A stretch of 64,000 nt of DNA, taken from the NCBI GenBank assembly GCA_964016885.1, contig OZ024764.1:22506001-22570000 (forward strand), given 5' to 3'. Below are positions 22,992-36,093 of this stretch, piece after piece. The DNA comes from Eledone cirrhosa (taxonomy: Eukaryota). The position numbers were made by a program, and so were the translations under genes. Position 1 is the first letter of the stretch; the number at the start of each line of letters is the position of its first letter. The notes beneath the pieces were generated by a model. That model ran no database searches. It saw only the letters and a list, made by a program, of their open reading frames with translations, and was not told the origin of the DNA.

Positions 22992-23265
22992 GTCACTTGT
23001 TATAATTTTATAACTTTGTTCAACAGCACCACCAGCTATCTCTCTCACACACACCCATTATCTTTCTCTCTATTTATAAAGGTGCCAGAAAAACCCCATA
23101 TCTCGGGAACCTGTACATTGATTTACGTGAAACTTATTTTATCCCATTTGTATTCCCATTTCAGGGTCAACTTCCTTTCAAACTATTTTCCCATTATGCC
23201 CCGTTTTGGCTGTATTACATTACAGACAAGACACAATCACAGAGTTTTAGGTTTATAATGTTATA
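22756..23265 (-). mobile_element. Non-autonomous Helitron, independent antisense insertion (copy at 56736 to about 57200)
   Basis: Minus-strand 3' end GTGACC-CAACA-GGTCAC-aggtgtt-CTAG|T. The body is homologous to 14114-14442, with (TA)/(TG) expansions. Confidence 0.7.
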
Positions 23266-23429
23266 GTATCATGATAGGGTAATACAGTTATTTATAGACC
23301 TGTGGTAAATGTTGGTTCAGTCCACCCTGGGGGGTGTAAGTGTTGGTTCAGTCTACCCTGAGGGGTGTCAGTGTTGGTTCAGTCTACCCTGAGGGGTGTC
23401 AGTGTTGGTCAATGATAACCTTTATAACT

Positions 23430-23845
23430 AGAGACCTGTTGGTGAGGACAAGCTGGATGTGGTGACATCTTTCTGCTACCTGTGTGACATGTCAGCTGGA
23501 AGTGGAGCCAAGTTCACTGCCATCGTGCTGTGCCACTCCACAGGTAACAAGTTTAGGCAGCTTCTCCTAATCCTCAAGACATGCTGGCTACCATTAGACA
23601 CCATGGGGCAGGTTTATAACACCTGTGGGAGAAGTGTGTTGTTTCATGCCAGCGAGACCTGGGCCATGTTATCTGACTGTCTGAATTGACTCTGAAGAAA
23701 TGACAGAGCTATGATCCACTGGATGTGTTGTGTGACCATTGAGGATGATGTCAGCTCAACTGAGCTCTTAAAAAAACTGCTGATCGACAACCTCAAGGAT
23801 GTGTTTCACAGGAGACACATGCACTGGTATGGCCATGTTGTGCAT
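23430..23845 (+). mobile_element. RTE RT fragment, sense (copy at about 57330-57745)
   Basis: VVTSFCYL, RSVLFHASETW and HWYGHV motifs. Confidence 0.65.
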
Positions 23846-26130
23846 TCTCTCTCAACTCATCTATGCTTGGTCGTTGATGCACATTGACATTGCACATCCA
23901 ACGGAGCATACTTGCTTCATTTCTCTCCAGTCGTTGCATATCCTCCACAGTTGCTGTCCATGTCTCACTACCGTGCAGCATCACACATCTCACGCAGGCA
24001 TCACCAGCCATTCGTTCTTAGGGAGAAACGCTTCTTTGTCAACAGAGGAAGCAGCTCCCTAAACGTCTTCCAACCTGTCCTTATTCTAGATACTATGGCC
24101 TCGGAACACCCTCCTCCCATGCTAATCTGATCACCTAGGTATCAGAAGCTATCAACCACCTCTGTAGATCCTACCTGCATTTGAAAAATGTGTCTATCAC
24201 TGCGACTTCTACTGTCAAATTTCCCTGTACATCTACTGCATATGTAGTTTTCCCTACCTGTTAGTTTGCCTGCTATCCCACTACATTTCTTGTGTACCCA
24301 AAATCTGCATTGTGTACATTATAGAATTTATGCCAGTTCCTTTTCTACATATCGAACAAGGCCATTTCCCTGATGGAATGACAGTTTTGTCCTCTTTTCT
24401 ACTCATCAACACTTTTGTCTTAGCTAGGTTCACTCTCAGTCCTCTTGCTTCCAACTGCTGTTGCAATAGCCAGAATTTATTCTCTAGCTCCTCTACTGAT
24501 TCTGCTATAAGAACCAGATCGTCAGCATAGAGAAGTTCCCATGGGCAGCCAGTCTTAAACTCTTCTGTTATGACTTGGAGGACTATAATGAACAAGAGCG
24601 GGCTGAGGACCAAACCCTGATGTACTCCTGCATCTGTAATTCCTCACTAAACTCCATGCCTACCCTCACTTTACTGACAGTACCTCTGTACATAGCTTGC
24701 ACTGTCCTCACAAGCCATTCCTCTACACCTAGTTTCCTTAGGGACCACCAGATGACAGATTGGGGTACTCTATAAAAGGCCTTCTCTAGGTCAACAAAAA
24801 CTAAGTATAGTGGTTTTCTTCTCTAAGAACCTCTCTTGTAGTTGTCTCACTAAGAAGAGGGCATCTGTTTGACCCTTTCTCTAAGTTGCGCTAGTATTCT
24901 TTCTGTCACTTTCATAACCTGATCCATCAGTTTTATACCCCTATAATTACTCCCCTCCAGAACATCCCCTTTACCTTTACCTCAATTTATGAGAATACTG
25001 CTGCACCAGTCTTTGGGGGTGACACCACCATATATAGCTTGATTAATGATGCATGCAACCAGTTTAATTCCTACTTCTCCTGATGCCTTCAGCATCTCAG
25101 CAACTATCCCCAACAGTCCAGCGGACCTACCATTTTTCATTTCCTTAATTGCCTCTTGGACCCTATAGTCGTCAATCTCAATAGCTGGTCCCTCTGGCGG
25201 GTCTACTGAGGGTAGTTTCTCTCCCTTTCATTCTCTACATTCATCAGTCTCTCATAATGACATTTCCAGGCCTCCTTTTTTTTGAGAATCAGTGACACTA
25301 AGTGCACCAACATCCTGATTTACACTGACACACTGCCTTGCAATGTGGATCACCGCACATCTCTGATCTCCCTATCGCAGGACATTGGCAAACCTTCTCC
25401 TTTCAGCCTCCCTGCATGTTAAGTAAACCTGACATCTAGCTTCTCTCTTAGCGGCTGTGTATCGGTCTCTACCCCTACCATTTTTCAAAGCCTTTTGTCT
25501 CTAATGGCTCTATCTACCGTGCTGTTCCACCACCAGGTCACCCTCTGTTTGGTTGGAGCTCTGCTCCAGCCACAAGTTTCTTCAGTAACCTGCAGTAAGT
25601 TGTAACGTAAGAAATTCCAATTATCATCCATGTCATACGACATTGAAGGGCTTTCCTAAATTTATATTTTAGTGAAAGGTCTTTTAGTTTCCAGACCTTC
25701 CTTTTTCAAACCTTCTTGTATGTCTCATTTTGTCTCTTGGGGGGTTACATTGTTCCCTGGGGTATGCCTTAGTATTTGACACCATCTATCTGTCTTACTC
25801 CCTAACTAGCAAGAAGTAAATCTGGCTCATGTGCTCACCTGATTGGTAGGTTATTAGGTGGTTGGTAGGTTTCTTGAAGTGTTGTAAATGGTTAGTTCAC
25901 TTGCATCACAAAATACAAGAAGCCTCACTCCTTCTTCGTTTCTTGAGTCATAACCATGACCACCATGTACCCCAGTATATCCATCCTCGAACTGTCCAAC
26001 ATGACCATTGAAGTCCCCTGCTATTATAACTAGGTCTCTGTCATTGTGGTTATCTCTACTTATTCCTTTTCTACATATGGAGCAGGGCTACTTTCCTGAA
26101 GGGGTCAGGGTCTTCTCTCCTATCCATTAG
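23845..26130 (-). mobile_element. RTE-clade LINE (EN end plus RT), degenerate
   Basis: LSPLLFIIVLQVITEEFKTGCPWELLYADDLVLIAES, GLRVNLAKTKV, MLHGSETW and EN motif GDFNGHVG. Many frameshifts. Confidence 0.85.
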
Positions 26131-26385
26131 CACTTTAGTTTTGGCTAAGTATATTCTCAGAACTTACCATTTCAAATTCTATATCTATAGCTGGTCATCT
26201 ACATAGAGAAGTTTCCATAGACAGCCAGTCTTAAACCTCTCTGTTATGGCTTGGAGAACTATGATGAACAACAGTGGGCTAAGAACTAAACCATGATGAA
26301 CTCCTACCTGTACCTTCAATTCCTCACTAAACACACTTTACTGACAGCTTCTCACAAGCCATTCTTCTACACCTAATTTCTTTAA

Positions 26386-26593
26386 CCCTTTAGTATATAA
26401 ACTGGCCATATCTGGCCAGAATTGTCTCATGTCTTTCTGTTCAAACTGGCCGTAACTGGTCACTTATACTTATGTTAAGGTATTGTTCTCAAAATAAGTA
26501 ACATCAAAATCTCATAGATTTGATATTATGAGTGATAAAGCATTTACTGTGAAAATATAATAGTAAATATAGAGTAATGTGAATACTAAAGGG
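26386..26593. mobile_element. piggyBac-type MITE
   Basis: TTAA-CCCTTTAGTAT...ATACTAAAGGG-TTAA. Confidence 0.75.
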
Positions 26594-27050
26594 TTAATCT
26601 GATGTCACTAATAACTACTTTTATCTGTCAGTTTAATCTAATGTCACTAATAACTACTTTTATCAGTCAGTTTAATCTACTACCACTAATAACTAACCTA
26701 TGTTAGTCAGCACATTCTTCACCAAAGAAGGCCTTAGTATTTATTACAGTCCATTTATCAATATAGAAATATTATATGAAATTTGTACTGATGTATTACA
26801 AGTTTCTCAGTATCTTATAATGTTCTTTTATTATTTCAGAATACCAGAGGACATTGGCATTAAAGAGCACGTTACATCAGACATATCCTCAACATTAACC
26901 ATTTCTAATGAAATACACTAACCATCATTTTCAAATAATTTTGAAAACACTCAACACTTTGAAGTGATTTAGTAATATAACTAAATTTCTCAGTATTAAG
27001 CTGTGAATTATGTGAGAAACTGAGGTGATTGATATCTTTTAGTAGGAGAT

Positions 27051-28490
27051 ATGTCGAAAAATATAGTAAAATCACCATTCCACTGTGATATCTGTGGTAA
27101 ATCATTCTCTCGTAGTAATCACCTAACTACTCACAAACGTATTCATACAGGAGAGAAGCCATATCACTGTGATATCTGTGGTAAATCATTCAGTCGCAGT
27201 AATACCTTAACTAATCACAAACATATTCATACAGGAGAGAAACCATATCACTGTGATATCTGTGGTAAAACGTTCTCTAAAAATAATAACCTAACTACTC
27301 ACAAACGTATTCATACAGGAGAGAACCCATATCACTGTGATGTCTGTGGTAAATCATTCACTTGTAGTCATCACCTAACTACTCACAAACGTATTCATAC
27401 AGGAGAGAAGCCATATCACTGTGATATCTGTGGTAAATCATTCAGTGACAGTAGTAGCTTCAGAGTTCACAAACAAATTCATACAGGAGAGAAACCATAT
27501 CACTGTGACATCTGTGGTAAAACGTTCTCTAAAAACAATAGCGTAACTACTCACAAACGTATTCATACAGGAGAGAAGCCATATCAATGTGACATCTGTG
27601 ATAAATCATTCTCTCAAAGTAGTCACCTAACTACTCACAAACGTATTCATACAGGAGAGAAGCCATATCAATGTGATATCGGTGATAAATCATTCAGTGA
27701 CAGTAGTAGCTTCAGAGTTCACAAACAAATTCATACAGGAGAGAAGCCACATCACTGTGACATCTGTGGTACATCATTCAGTCACAAAAGTAACTTAACT
27801 ACCCACAAACGTATTCATACAGGAGAGAAGCCATATCAGTGTGATATCTGTGGTAAATCATTCTCTCGTAATAACCTAACTACTCACAGACGTATTCATA
27901 CAGGAGAGAAACCATATCACTGTGATATCTGTGCTAAAACATTCACTAAAAATAATAACCTAACTACTCACAAACGTATTCATACAGGAGAGAACCCATA
28001 TCATTGTGATATCTGTGGTAAATCATTCTCTCAGAGTAATCAGCTAACTTCTCACAAACGTATTCATACAGGAGAGAAGCCATATCACTGTGACATCTGT
28101 GATAAATCATTCTCTCATAGTAAAACCTTAACTACCCACAAACGTACTCATACAGGAGAGAAGCCATATCACTGTGATATCTGTGATAAATCATTCTCTC
28201 AGCATAAAACCTTAACTATCCACAAACGTACTCATACAGGAGAGAAGCCATATCACTGTGACATCTGTGGTAAATCATTCTCTCATAGTAATACCTTAGC
28301 TATCCACAAACGTACTCATACAGGAGAGAAGCCATATCATTGTGACATCTGTGGTAAATCATTCGCTGACAGAACTAGCTTAGCTACCCACAAACGTACT
28401 CATACAGGAGAGATTTACCTCATCTGTGGTAAATCATTCTCTCTTAGAGGTAACTTAACCAAGCATGTGCGTATTCATACAGAAGTTTAG
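27051..28490 (+). CDS. Tandem C2H2 zinc-finger protein, 17 finger units (2 lack a Cys) (ZNF-2)
   Basis: 479-aa ORF. Finger 8 (CDIG) and finger 17 (EIYLIC) are degenerate; finger 10 is one residue short. Confidence 0.92.
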   Translation: MSKNIVKSPFHCDICGKSFSRSNHLTTHKRIHTGEKPYHCDICGKSFSRSNTLTNHKHIHTGEKPYHCDICGKTFSKNNNLTTHKRIHTGENPYHCDVCGKSFTCSHHLTTHKRIHTGEKPYHCDICGKSFSDSSSFRVHKQIHTGEKPYHCDICGKTFSKNNSVTTHKRIHTGEKPYQCDICDKSFSQSSHLTTHKRIHTGEKPYQCDIGDKSFSDSSSFRVHKQIHTGEKPHHCDICGTSFSHKSNLTTHKRIHTGEKPYQCDICGKSFSRNNLTTHRRIHTGEKPYHCDICAKTFTKNNNLTTHKRIHTGENPYHCDICGKSFSQSNQLTSHKRIHTGEKPYHCDICDKSFSHSKTLTTHKRTHTGEKPYHCDICDKSFSQHKTLTIHKRTHTGEKPYHCDICGKSFSHSNTLAIHKRTHTGEKPYHCDICGKSFADRTSLATHKRTHTGEIYLICGKSFSLRGNLTKHVRIHTEV

Positions 28491-28519
28491 CTGTATCAAT
28501 ATCAAACTCATTACATCAT

Positions 28520-30290
28520 ACTACAACAACAACAACAACAATTGTGTAGATGCATCCTCCTTGCTAAAACTGGGGTTAACCTTGTAGGTTTTACCTATGA
28601 CAGGGATCATAAACACCAGGTTTCCATTTTTGAAGTAGTGTTTGAAGATTTTGTGTAAATTAAAGTTTTTCACATTAAACTTTCATTTATTATACTTTAA
28701 CAGGTAAGGTATATATTTGTATTTTTAGTAAAGGTTGGGAACTTCTGTAATTTAAACCTGCCAATAAAATGAAAACTTTTGTTGTTGCTAGTCTGACATT
28801 GATATTAATTCTATTGTCCTGTACATTGTCTCAAATATCACAGATTAAACAGATTTTAACAATAACAACAGAAATCAATAACTTGTAAGCCTAATATCTA
28901 GCTTCCATTTTAACCATTTGATATTGTTGTTCCCCTCCTGTCTCTTTAGGTCTTTTAGATTTCAACTTCTATCTACTGTACTATTCCATCACCAAGGCAA
29001 CATTCATCTGGCTGGCAGCTTACATCAACTACAGATCTCATCAGTGGTTCACAACAGGCTGTCTGAAAGAAACTTGCTGATATCTTCTATGTCATAGCTA
29101 TCAATCTCCTCCTCCTTATCATATGTATCATGTAGAACATCTCTGAATTTATATTTAACAGGGAGATCTTTTACTGTCCCTACCCTTTTCTCTAGGTTGT
29201 CTTGTACCTCTCTCACAGTCCCTCTAGATCTTATATTTAACAGGGAGATCTTTTACTATCCCTACCCTTTTCTATAGGTTGTCTTGTACCAGTCTCACAG
29301 TCCCTCTAGATCTTATATTTAACAGGGAGATCTTTTACTGTTCCTACCCTTTTCTCTAGGTTGTCTTGTATCTCTCTCACTGTCTCTCTAGATCTTATAT
29401 TTAACAGGGAGATGTTTTACTATCCCTACCCTTTTCTCTAGGTGGTGTTGTACCTCTCTCACAGTCCCTCTAGATCTTATATTTAACAGGGAGATCTTTT
29501 AATATCCCTACCCTTTTCTCTAGGTTGTCTTGTACCACTCTCACAGTCCCTCTAGATCTTATATTTAACGGGGAGATTCTTTACTGTCTCTACTCTTTTC
29601 TCTAGGTTGTCTTGTACCTCTCTCACAGTCCCTATATATATCTTATATTTAACAGGGAGATTTTTTACTATCCCTACCCTTTTCTCCAGATTGTCTTGTA
29701 TCTCTTTTACAGTCCCTCTAGATCTTATATTTAACAGGGAGATCTTTTACTAGCCCTACCCTTTTCTCTAGGTTTTCTTTTACCTCTCTCACAGTCCCTG
29801 TAGATCTTATATTTAACAGGGAGATCTTTTAGTCTCCAACCCTTCTATCTCCAGATAGTCTTGTATCTGTCAGTCCCTCTAGATATTACACCTAGTATCT
29901 AGTCTATGTTTTCTAAATATCTTAATGTTTCTCTACTATTTCAGAATATCACATGACCTTGACAGAAAAGAGTCTTTTAAAGACAGCAGAAAGATGTTAC
30001 ATTCAAGTGATATAAACTTATTTAGTCTGTGGTGAAATATTTCTTCTGAATTGAGATAAATAACAACGTTTTCCTTTTTCACTGTCTGGAATATTTACAA
30101 GATGATTTTACGTTCTGATTAAACTTTGGATATTTACAAAGGAGCTTTCAAAATTTTTGGATATTGACAAAGATCACATTTGATAAAATTATGAACAATA
30201 GAAATATTTACATCAACATAGGAATATTTTCCAGAAGAGATGGGAAAATCATTATACCACTGTAATATTTGTGGTAAAATATTCTCTCTT
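28520..30290 (+). pseudogene. Relic second ZNF gene behind ZNF-2
   Basis: Donor CAG|GTAAGG at 28704, acceptor at about 29944, decayed finger GKSLYHCNICGKIFS at about 30242. Confidence 0.55.
29148..29890. repeat. 82-bp minisatellite, about 9 copies
   Basis: gggagat recurs at 29161, 29243, 29325 and onward. Confidence 0.9.
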
Positions 30291-30430
30291 CTTCATATGT
30301 AGAACATCTAACTAAACACTTTAACTAACAAACTATTGTGCTATAGAATTGACAAACTTGAGGAATGTTTAATAAATGTCACAGATTTCTCCAAACTGTC
30401 GTTTACTAACTTTAATTTGAAGCTATGTTA

Positions 30431-30659
30431 TCTATATACTACTAAAACTCTGTGATTGTGTCTTGTCTGTAATTTAATACATCTAAAACAGTGCATAATG
30501 GGGAAATACTTTGAAAAGAATAAAACAAGTTTTGTATAAAATGGAGCACAGGTTCCCAAGATACGGGATTTCTGGGTACCTTGATAACTATAGGGAGGGA
30601 AAGAGATAGTGGTTGTGAGAGAGAGGGAGCTGGTGGTGTTGTTTAATAAAACATGTGTG

Positions 30660-30691
<32 letters not shown>

Positions 30692-30776
30692 CGTATGTGT
30701 ATATTTTAACTATTTTAATATGACTTTAAAAAATAGTTTTAAGGCAACGTGACCCAACAGGTCCCGGGTGGTCTAG
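30431..30776 (+). mobile_element. Non-autonomous Helitron
   Basis: A|TC ... hairpin ... CTAG|T, same position as in the other units. Confidence 0.7.
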
Positions 30777-31669
30777 TTTGTTACTAAATACTAGATATTA
30801 GAGGGTCATGTTCTAGATGTGCTGGAAGAGCTATTCCATCTCGTGAGGCTCACACCAGCAGCTAGCCACCTCAGCACCTATGGTGGTATATTTATTATAT
30901 TATTTATTCTTTATCATTAACATTAATATAAAAACAAATAACTTAATTTAACTTAATTGATTAATATAAAAGATAATTATATATTTTTTAGAGAAGAACC
31001 TCTAACTTCATATAGCTTAGGGCTTCAGTAGGTAAAAGTCTGGCCCTGCTTGTCTTGTATTTTTTAGGGGAGAAGTTAGGGAATACTGTTATTGTGTGAA
31101 AGTTTTCTAAATCTTCTTCAGCCACTAACATGGAGAAGATATTTCAGTAAGAAGGTTCACATCCTGACATCTATAGCTGTTAACAATGAGATTGGAATTC
31201 ATTATTAAACAAATGTTATATCATCATCACTGTTTTACATCAGTTTTTCCACGCTGGCATGGGTTAGACGAGTTATCCTGTTGTAAGCAATGCCAGGTCA
31301 GGTGACCACGTGTTGCTCCTACAAAACCAATTTTGGTTTGGTTTCTACAGCTGGATGCCCTTCCCTGCACCAACCTTATTTACATTGAGTACTGGGTGCT
31401 TTTTACTATCTCACCAACTCGACCACTTCACAGTGTGGGCTGGGTACTTTTTTACTTTTTGTCATGGCACCTACATGACCACTTTACAGTGAGAACTGGG
31501 TACTTTTTATCGTGACACCTATGTGACCACTTTACAGGGTGGACTGGGTACTTTTTGTCATGACACCTACACAACCTCTTTACAGTGTTGGCAGTGAAAT
31601 CTAATGCGCCAGCTTCAGTAATCAGAACATACATATACACACACACAAACAGAAATATATATATATATT

Positions 31670-33738
31670 CAGTGGTACTTTGACTTACAAGTGTCCCAAC
31701 TAATAAGTTTTTCGAGATACGAGCCCTCTTTCGGCTGATTTTTTGCATTGAGTTCCAAAGTAAAATTCGTGTTACGAGTCAGCTTCAGATGCCCCGCCAC
31801 TAGTTGGCATAGTGACCGCCACAGGCAATACCGTAACACCCGCCCGGCATCCCATGGCTTCGAAGAAAGTGAGGGCGAAGGACAGTTCTGAGAAGAAGAA
31901 GCAGATGATGTGTATTGAATTAAAGAAAGAAATTATAGAAAAACATGACCAAGGTGTGTGTGTAGTGGACTTGGTGAAGTAGTACGAGCATAGCACTTCT
32001 ATGATATGTACCATACTGAAGTAGAAGGACTTGATAATGACTATAACCCCAGCTAAGGGTGGTAAAAGAATTTCTAAACAGCGGACATCTATCCATGAAA
32101 ATGTGGAAAAGCTGCTGATGGTGTGGTTGACGGAGAAGCAGCTCGCAAGAGATACTGTGATGAAGATTATAATATGTGAGAAGGCACGAGCCATTTACGC
32201 TGATTTGCTGCAGCAGACCCCAGGTACTTCTACGGACGAGCCATCGGCAAGCCCTTTAATGCCAGTCGGGGTTGGTTTGAGAATTTTAAAAAGAGGACCG
32301 GCATTCACTCCGTTGTCAGGCATGGTGAGGCAGCGAGCGCGGATATGAAGGCAGCTGAGGATTACCTCAAAACCTTTCCCTGAATTATAGCAGCCGAAGG
32401 ATACATCCCTCAGCAAGTCTTTAACTGTGATGAAACAGGACTTTTTGGGAAGAAGATGCCAAGGAGGACTTTTATAACGGCAGAGGAGAAGAGGATGCCT
32501 GGCCACAAACCCATGAAGGATAGGCTAACCCTCGCACTGTGTGCCACTGAGCGGCGAGTGTAAGATTAAGTTGCCGCTCGTTTATCATTCAGAAAACTCC
32601 AGAACCTTTAAGTCACATAAGATTCTGAAAGAAAAACTGCAGGTTATGTGGAGGGCAAACCCGAGGTCATGGGTCACCAGGTAGTTCTTTGTGGAGTGGG
32701 TGAATTTGGTCTTTGGTCCTGACGTTAAAAAATATCTCCATGAAAATAACCTACCCCTGTAAACCCTTCTTGTCCTACATAATGCACCTGCTCACTCACC
32801 CACCCTCGAAGAGTTCAAGTTTATAAAGGTCCTCTACCTTCCACCAAACACCACCCCTATCCTACAGCCCAAGGACCAGCAGGTACTTTCTAATTTCAAG
32901 AAGCTCTTCACCAAGCACCTGTTCAGTCGCTGCTTTGAAGTGACGGAGAGCACAAACTTCACCCTTGAGAGGTCTGGAAGGACCATTATAACATCGTGAT
33001 ATGCCTCAGAATTATCGATATGACATGGTAGGGTCTTACAAAGAGGACCTTGACCTCTACATGGAAGAAGCTGTGGCCTGAAGTTGTGTCTAAAACAGAC
33101 TTTGAAAGACTCGAACCCGAAGCGGCAGTGGTGGAGGAGATTGAACCCCTCGGTAAGCCCATGGGCCTGGACATGGATGAAGGTGACATCAACGAGCTCA
33201 TCGAGGAGCACCCCGAGGAAATGACAACGAAGGAATTAAAGGAGCTACAGACACAGCAATACACGGAGTTTTTGCAGGAAATAGGTGACACAGAGGAGGT
33301 TATCTCAACAAGTGAGATGAAACAAACCTTATTAGACAGGTTTTTATTGAAAATCCCTGCAGATAAAAGTGAGGAAAGCGTGGCGAAAAGAGCAAAAATC
33401 AGCGAATAAGATTCAGTTATTCAGTTCATCCTTTCTCCTCCGTCAACATCCTCAAGTCGTCTGATCTCCAAGATAGATGCTGTACATTATACTTAATAAA
33501 ACTAGTTTGTTGCAGTACATTCTATTGTATTGTTTTTTGTATACAATATTCGTCATTTATAAGTACATTTTTCTTATTTAAAAACACGTAACAAAACAAA
33601 CTGTGGTTTGGGGGGGTCTGGAACGGATTAACGGCATTTTATTTTATTTCAGTGGGGAAAATTGATTTGACATACGAGTAATTTAAGTTACGAGGTCCTC
33701 CACGGAACAAATTAAACTCGTAAGTGAAGGTATCACAG
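31670..33738 (+). mobile_element. Tigger/pogo (TIGD1-like) DNA transposon, decayed
   Basis: Imperfect TIR CAGTGGTACTTTGACTTAC / GTAAGTGAAGGTATCACAG within a (TA)n context. Transposase from ATG 31854 (MASKKVRAKDSSEKKKQMMCIELKKEIIEKH), FNCDETGL, LPPNTTPILQPKDQ, ending 33409, with stops and frameshifts. Confidence 0.88.
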
Positions 33739-33766
33739 TGTGTGTGTGTATATATATATATGAAGG

Positions 33767-33935
33767 AACGATCGACTTTCGTCAAATCGGACCGAGGAAG
33801 CAATGTTTCCATTGGTCTTTGCAATTGCTAGTACTATCGGTCGCAACTCCAGGTAGAAGGAACAACGTGAAATAAAGTGTCTTGCTCAAGGTCATAACGC
33901 ATCGCCTGGTCCAGGAATCGAACTCACAACCTCAA
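33767..33935 (-). mobile_element. tRNA-derived SINE, inverted relative to the other units
   Basis: Reverse complement of 19165-19332 (B-box, ccttgagcaagacac core). Confidence 0.7.
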
Positions 33936-35489
33936 GATATATATATATATATATAAATGAAGAATATAGAAATTATTGTAGCAAAAAGCCAACAGTATTC
34001 CATTATATATATGTATATATAGTATAAAAGAGAAAACACAGGTAAGCATTAAGAGAAGGATTTTATCCAGGTATTTACGACCGTTTCATTGGTAAGTGCA
34101 ACCTTATATTTCTATCCTGCAAATAGCAGCCACTCAATTATAATTGTTGTTCTGTTCACAGTCCAAATTTTCAAAATAGTAAGTTACTCTTGAAATAATT
34201 CTTAATATATAGAGAAAAACATTTATTTGGAATTGTATTTACTAGTATAGAGAGAGAGGAATCAGAAGGTGAGGGGACAGACGGAATAGTATAGAGAGAG
34301 AGGAAGGGGGAAGAGGTAGGAAGTAGAGTGACAAACTGAGATGGGGGGAGGGGTAGAGGTGGCAGGATTCTTTGGTCAGTTTTGACAGCAGACTTCATGT
34401 CGTGGAATGTAGTGAGTTAAAGAGAATTAAATTGATCATTTTTGGAGGGATGGATATATATATATATAGTTAAATATTAGACAGGAACAAAAAACAGGCA
34501 GTGCAAATGGTAGTTTATACCGAGAGAGAGACAGACAAACACATCTATACCCCTACTACAGTAAAACGAAACATATGTAAGGGGAGACAACTCTCGTTAC
34601 ATCCCCCCTTCTTTTTGATATACGTCCTTTACATGCTTTGTTCAATGGAATCTGCTTTATTTTGTGTCCTAAGTAGATTTCTGTTTAATTATTTACGAGA
34701 TTCACAATGATTCACGTAACCAAGTTACTTACATAGAGATATATTTCACATAGAATCACAACAAATGAAAATATTAAGTCAACACTCTGTCAATCAGTCT
34801 CACGTCACATGGGGTGCCGGAGTCTCCCTCTAATACTTTCTGAGACAGTCTTACCTCGAGTGATAGTAAGGCTAAGATGTTGGAACTACCAAACACCCTC
34901 ATATGTATCACCTGACACCTCGGTAAGGAGAGCTGCCAACGATAACAAGAACCTCGTTGTCAGGGACCTATCTCCTCCAAACTTCTCCAACACCACAGAC
35001 TAGAATATTCTACTCTTTATTCCCTATCAAATATATTTCAGTCTAGTCATTTATCTTGTATCTTGTATATGTATTTTCAAAACTAACTGTCACATTTGTA
35101 AGACCCCAGTTAGTGATGTTTTTCTCTCCCTCCCACATCCTACATGCTGTAGTAAAAGTGAGGGTCACTGCTTCCGTAGACGAACGAAATAAAAGCTAAA
35201 CTACCAGTAATTATCGGCAAAGTATTTATTCCAGTCTGTGATGTTTGAGAAGCTGGGCTGCTGACAACGAAGTTGTTGTCACAGTTGGCGGCTGGCTTTA
35301 CCGAAGTACCCGATGACTCTTGTGAGGGTACTTAGCTGTTCTGGCGGTTTAGCCTCCACGTGACGCGATCTTACCGAGATACCCGGTGATCTCTGTAAGA
35401 GTACTTAGCTGTCCTATTTTAATTACATTTACTGTTTTCACCTTTATTTTTTTTTATTACAAACTTTACATAATTTAATTCGGTAAAAA

Positions 35490-35640
35490 TATTTTACGTC
35501 ACAAAAAAACTTGACCTTTGACATTGAAGCATGCGCAGTGGTGCAGTTGTCGACTTCCTGTCCACGTGTTAGTCTTCCTACAACATCATTTAGACAACAT
35601 TTCTGTAAATACTAAACACCTGAGACTATAATGTAAGTAT
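35490..35640 (+). promoter_or_regulatory. Predicted promoter and exon 1 of ZNF-3
   Basis: Same motif cluster as 21105-21240, plus TGACCTTTGACA; donor at 35633. Confidence 0.6.
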
Positions 35641-36093
35641 TATGTCTATTAATATTGTAGATTTAAGCTCACTTTTCACATCACAAATATATATTTTCTT
35701 GTTTGTTTCATTACTGGAAATATAAAATGTTATCGTAATTATCTATATTTTACCTACCTCTAATTAATTAAAGTGAAAACTTTTGTTGTTGCTGAAAGAT
35801 AAATTAACAAAACTAAATATTTAAATACTCTAAAGGTCGTTTTTATATTATGTGATGATATAATTAATATAGTTTATTACAATTGTATAAATTTACAGTA
35901 GAATAACGTTGTAAATATGTTTTAAATATATACATAAATAACATAAGTGTGTAAATAACATTATAAATTGCTGGCAATTCCTTGAGAAAGACACTACAAA
36001 TATATTGTCTAAACTGTGTATAATAATATAATTTATTGAACAATAATGATAAAGGAAAGAAAAACACAGTGGGAGATGGCAATTGACCACCAA

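Noticed and set aside
22745-23258. YI/HT/CV-rich ORFs
   Set aside because: Translations of (TA)n/(TG)n microsatellites inside the Helitron.
27051-28490. PRDM9 or KRAB/ZAD-ZNF orthologue
   Set aside because: No SET, KRAB, SSXRD, ZAD or BTB coding sequence was found between promoter and array; only the mode of evolution is analogous.
34020-34450. Penelope-like terminal repeat with a hammerhead ribozyme (also about 18940-19000)
   Set aside because: A GAAAC-like half is visible on the minus strand but there is no intact CUGANGA core or stems, so it cannot be supported.
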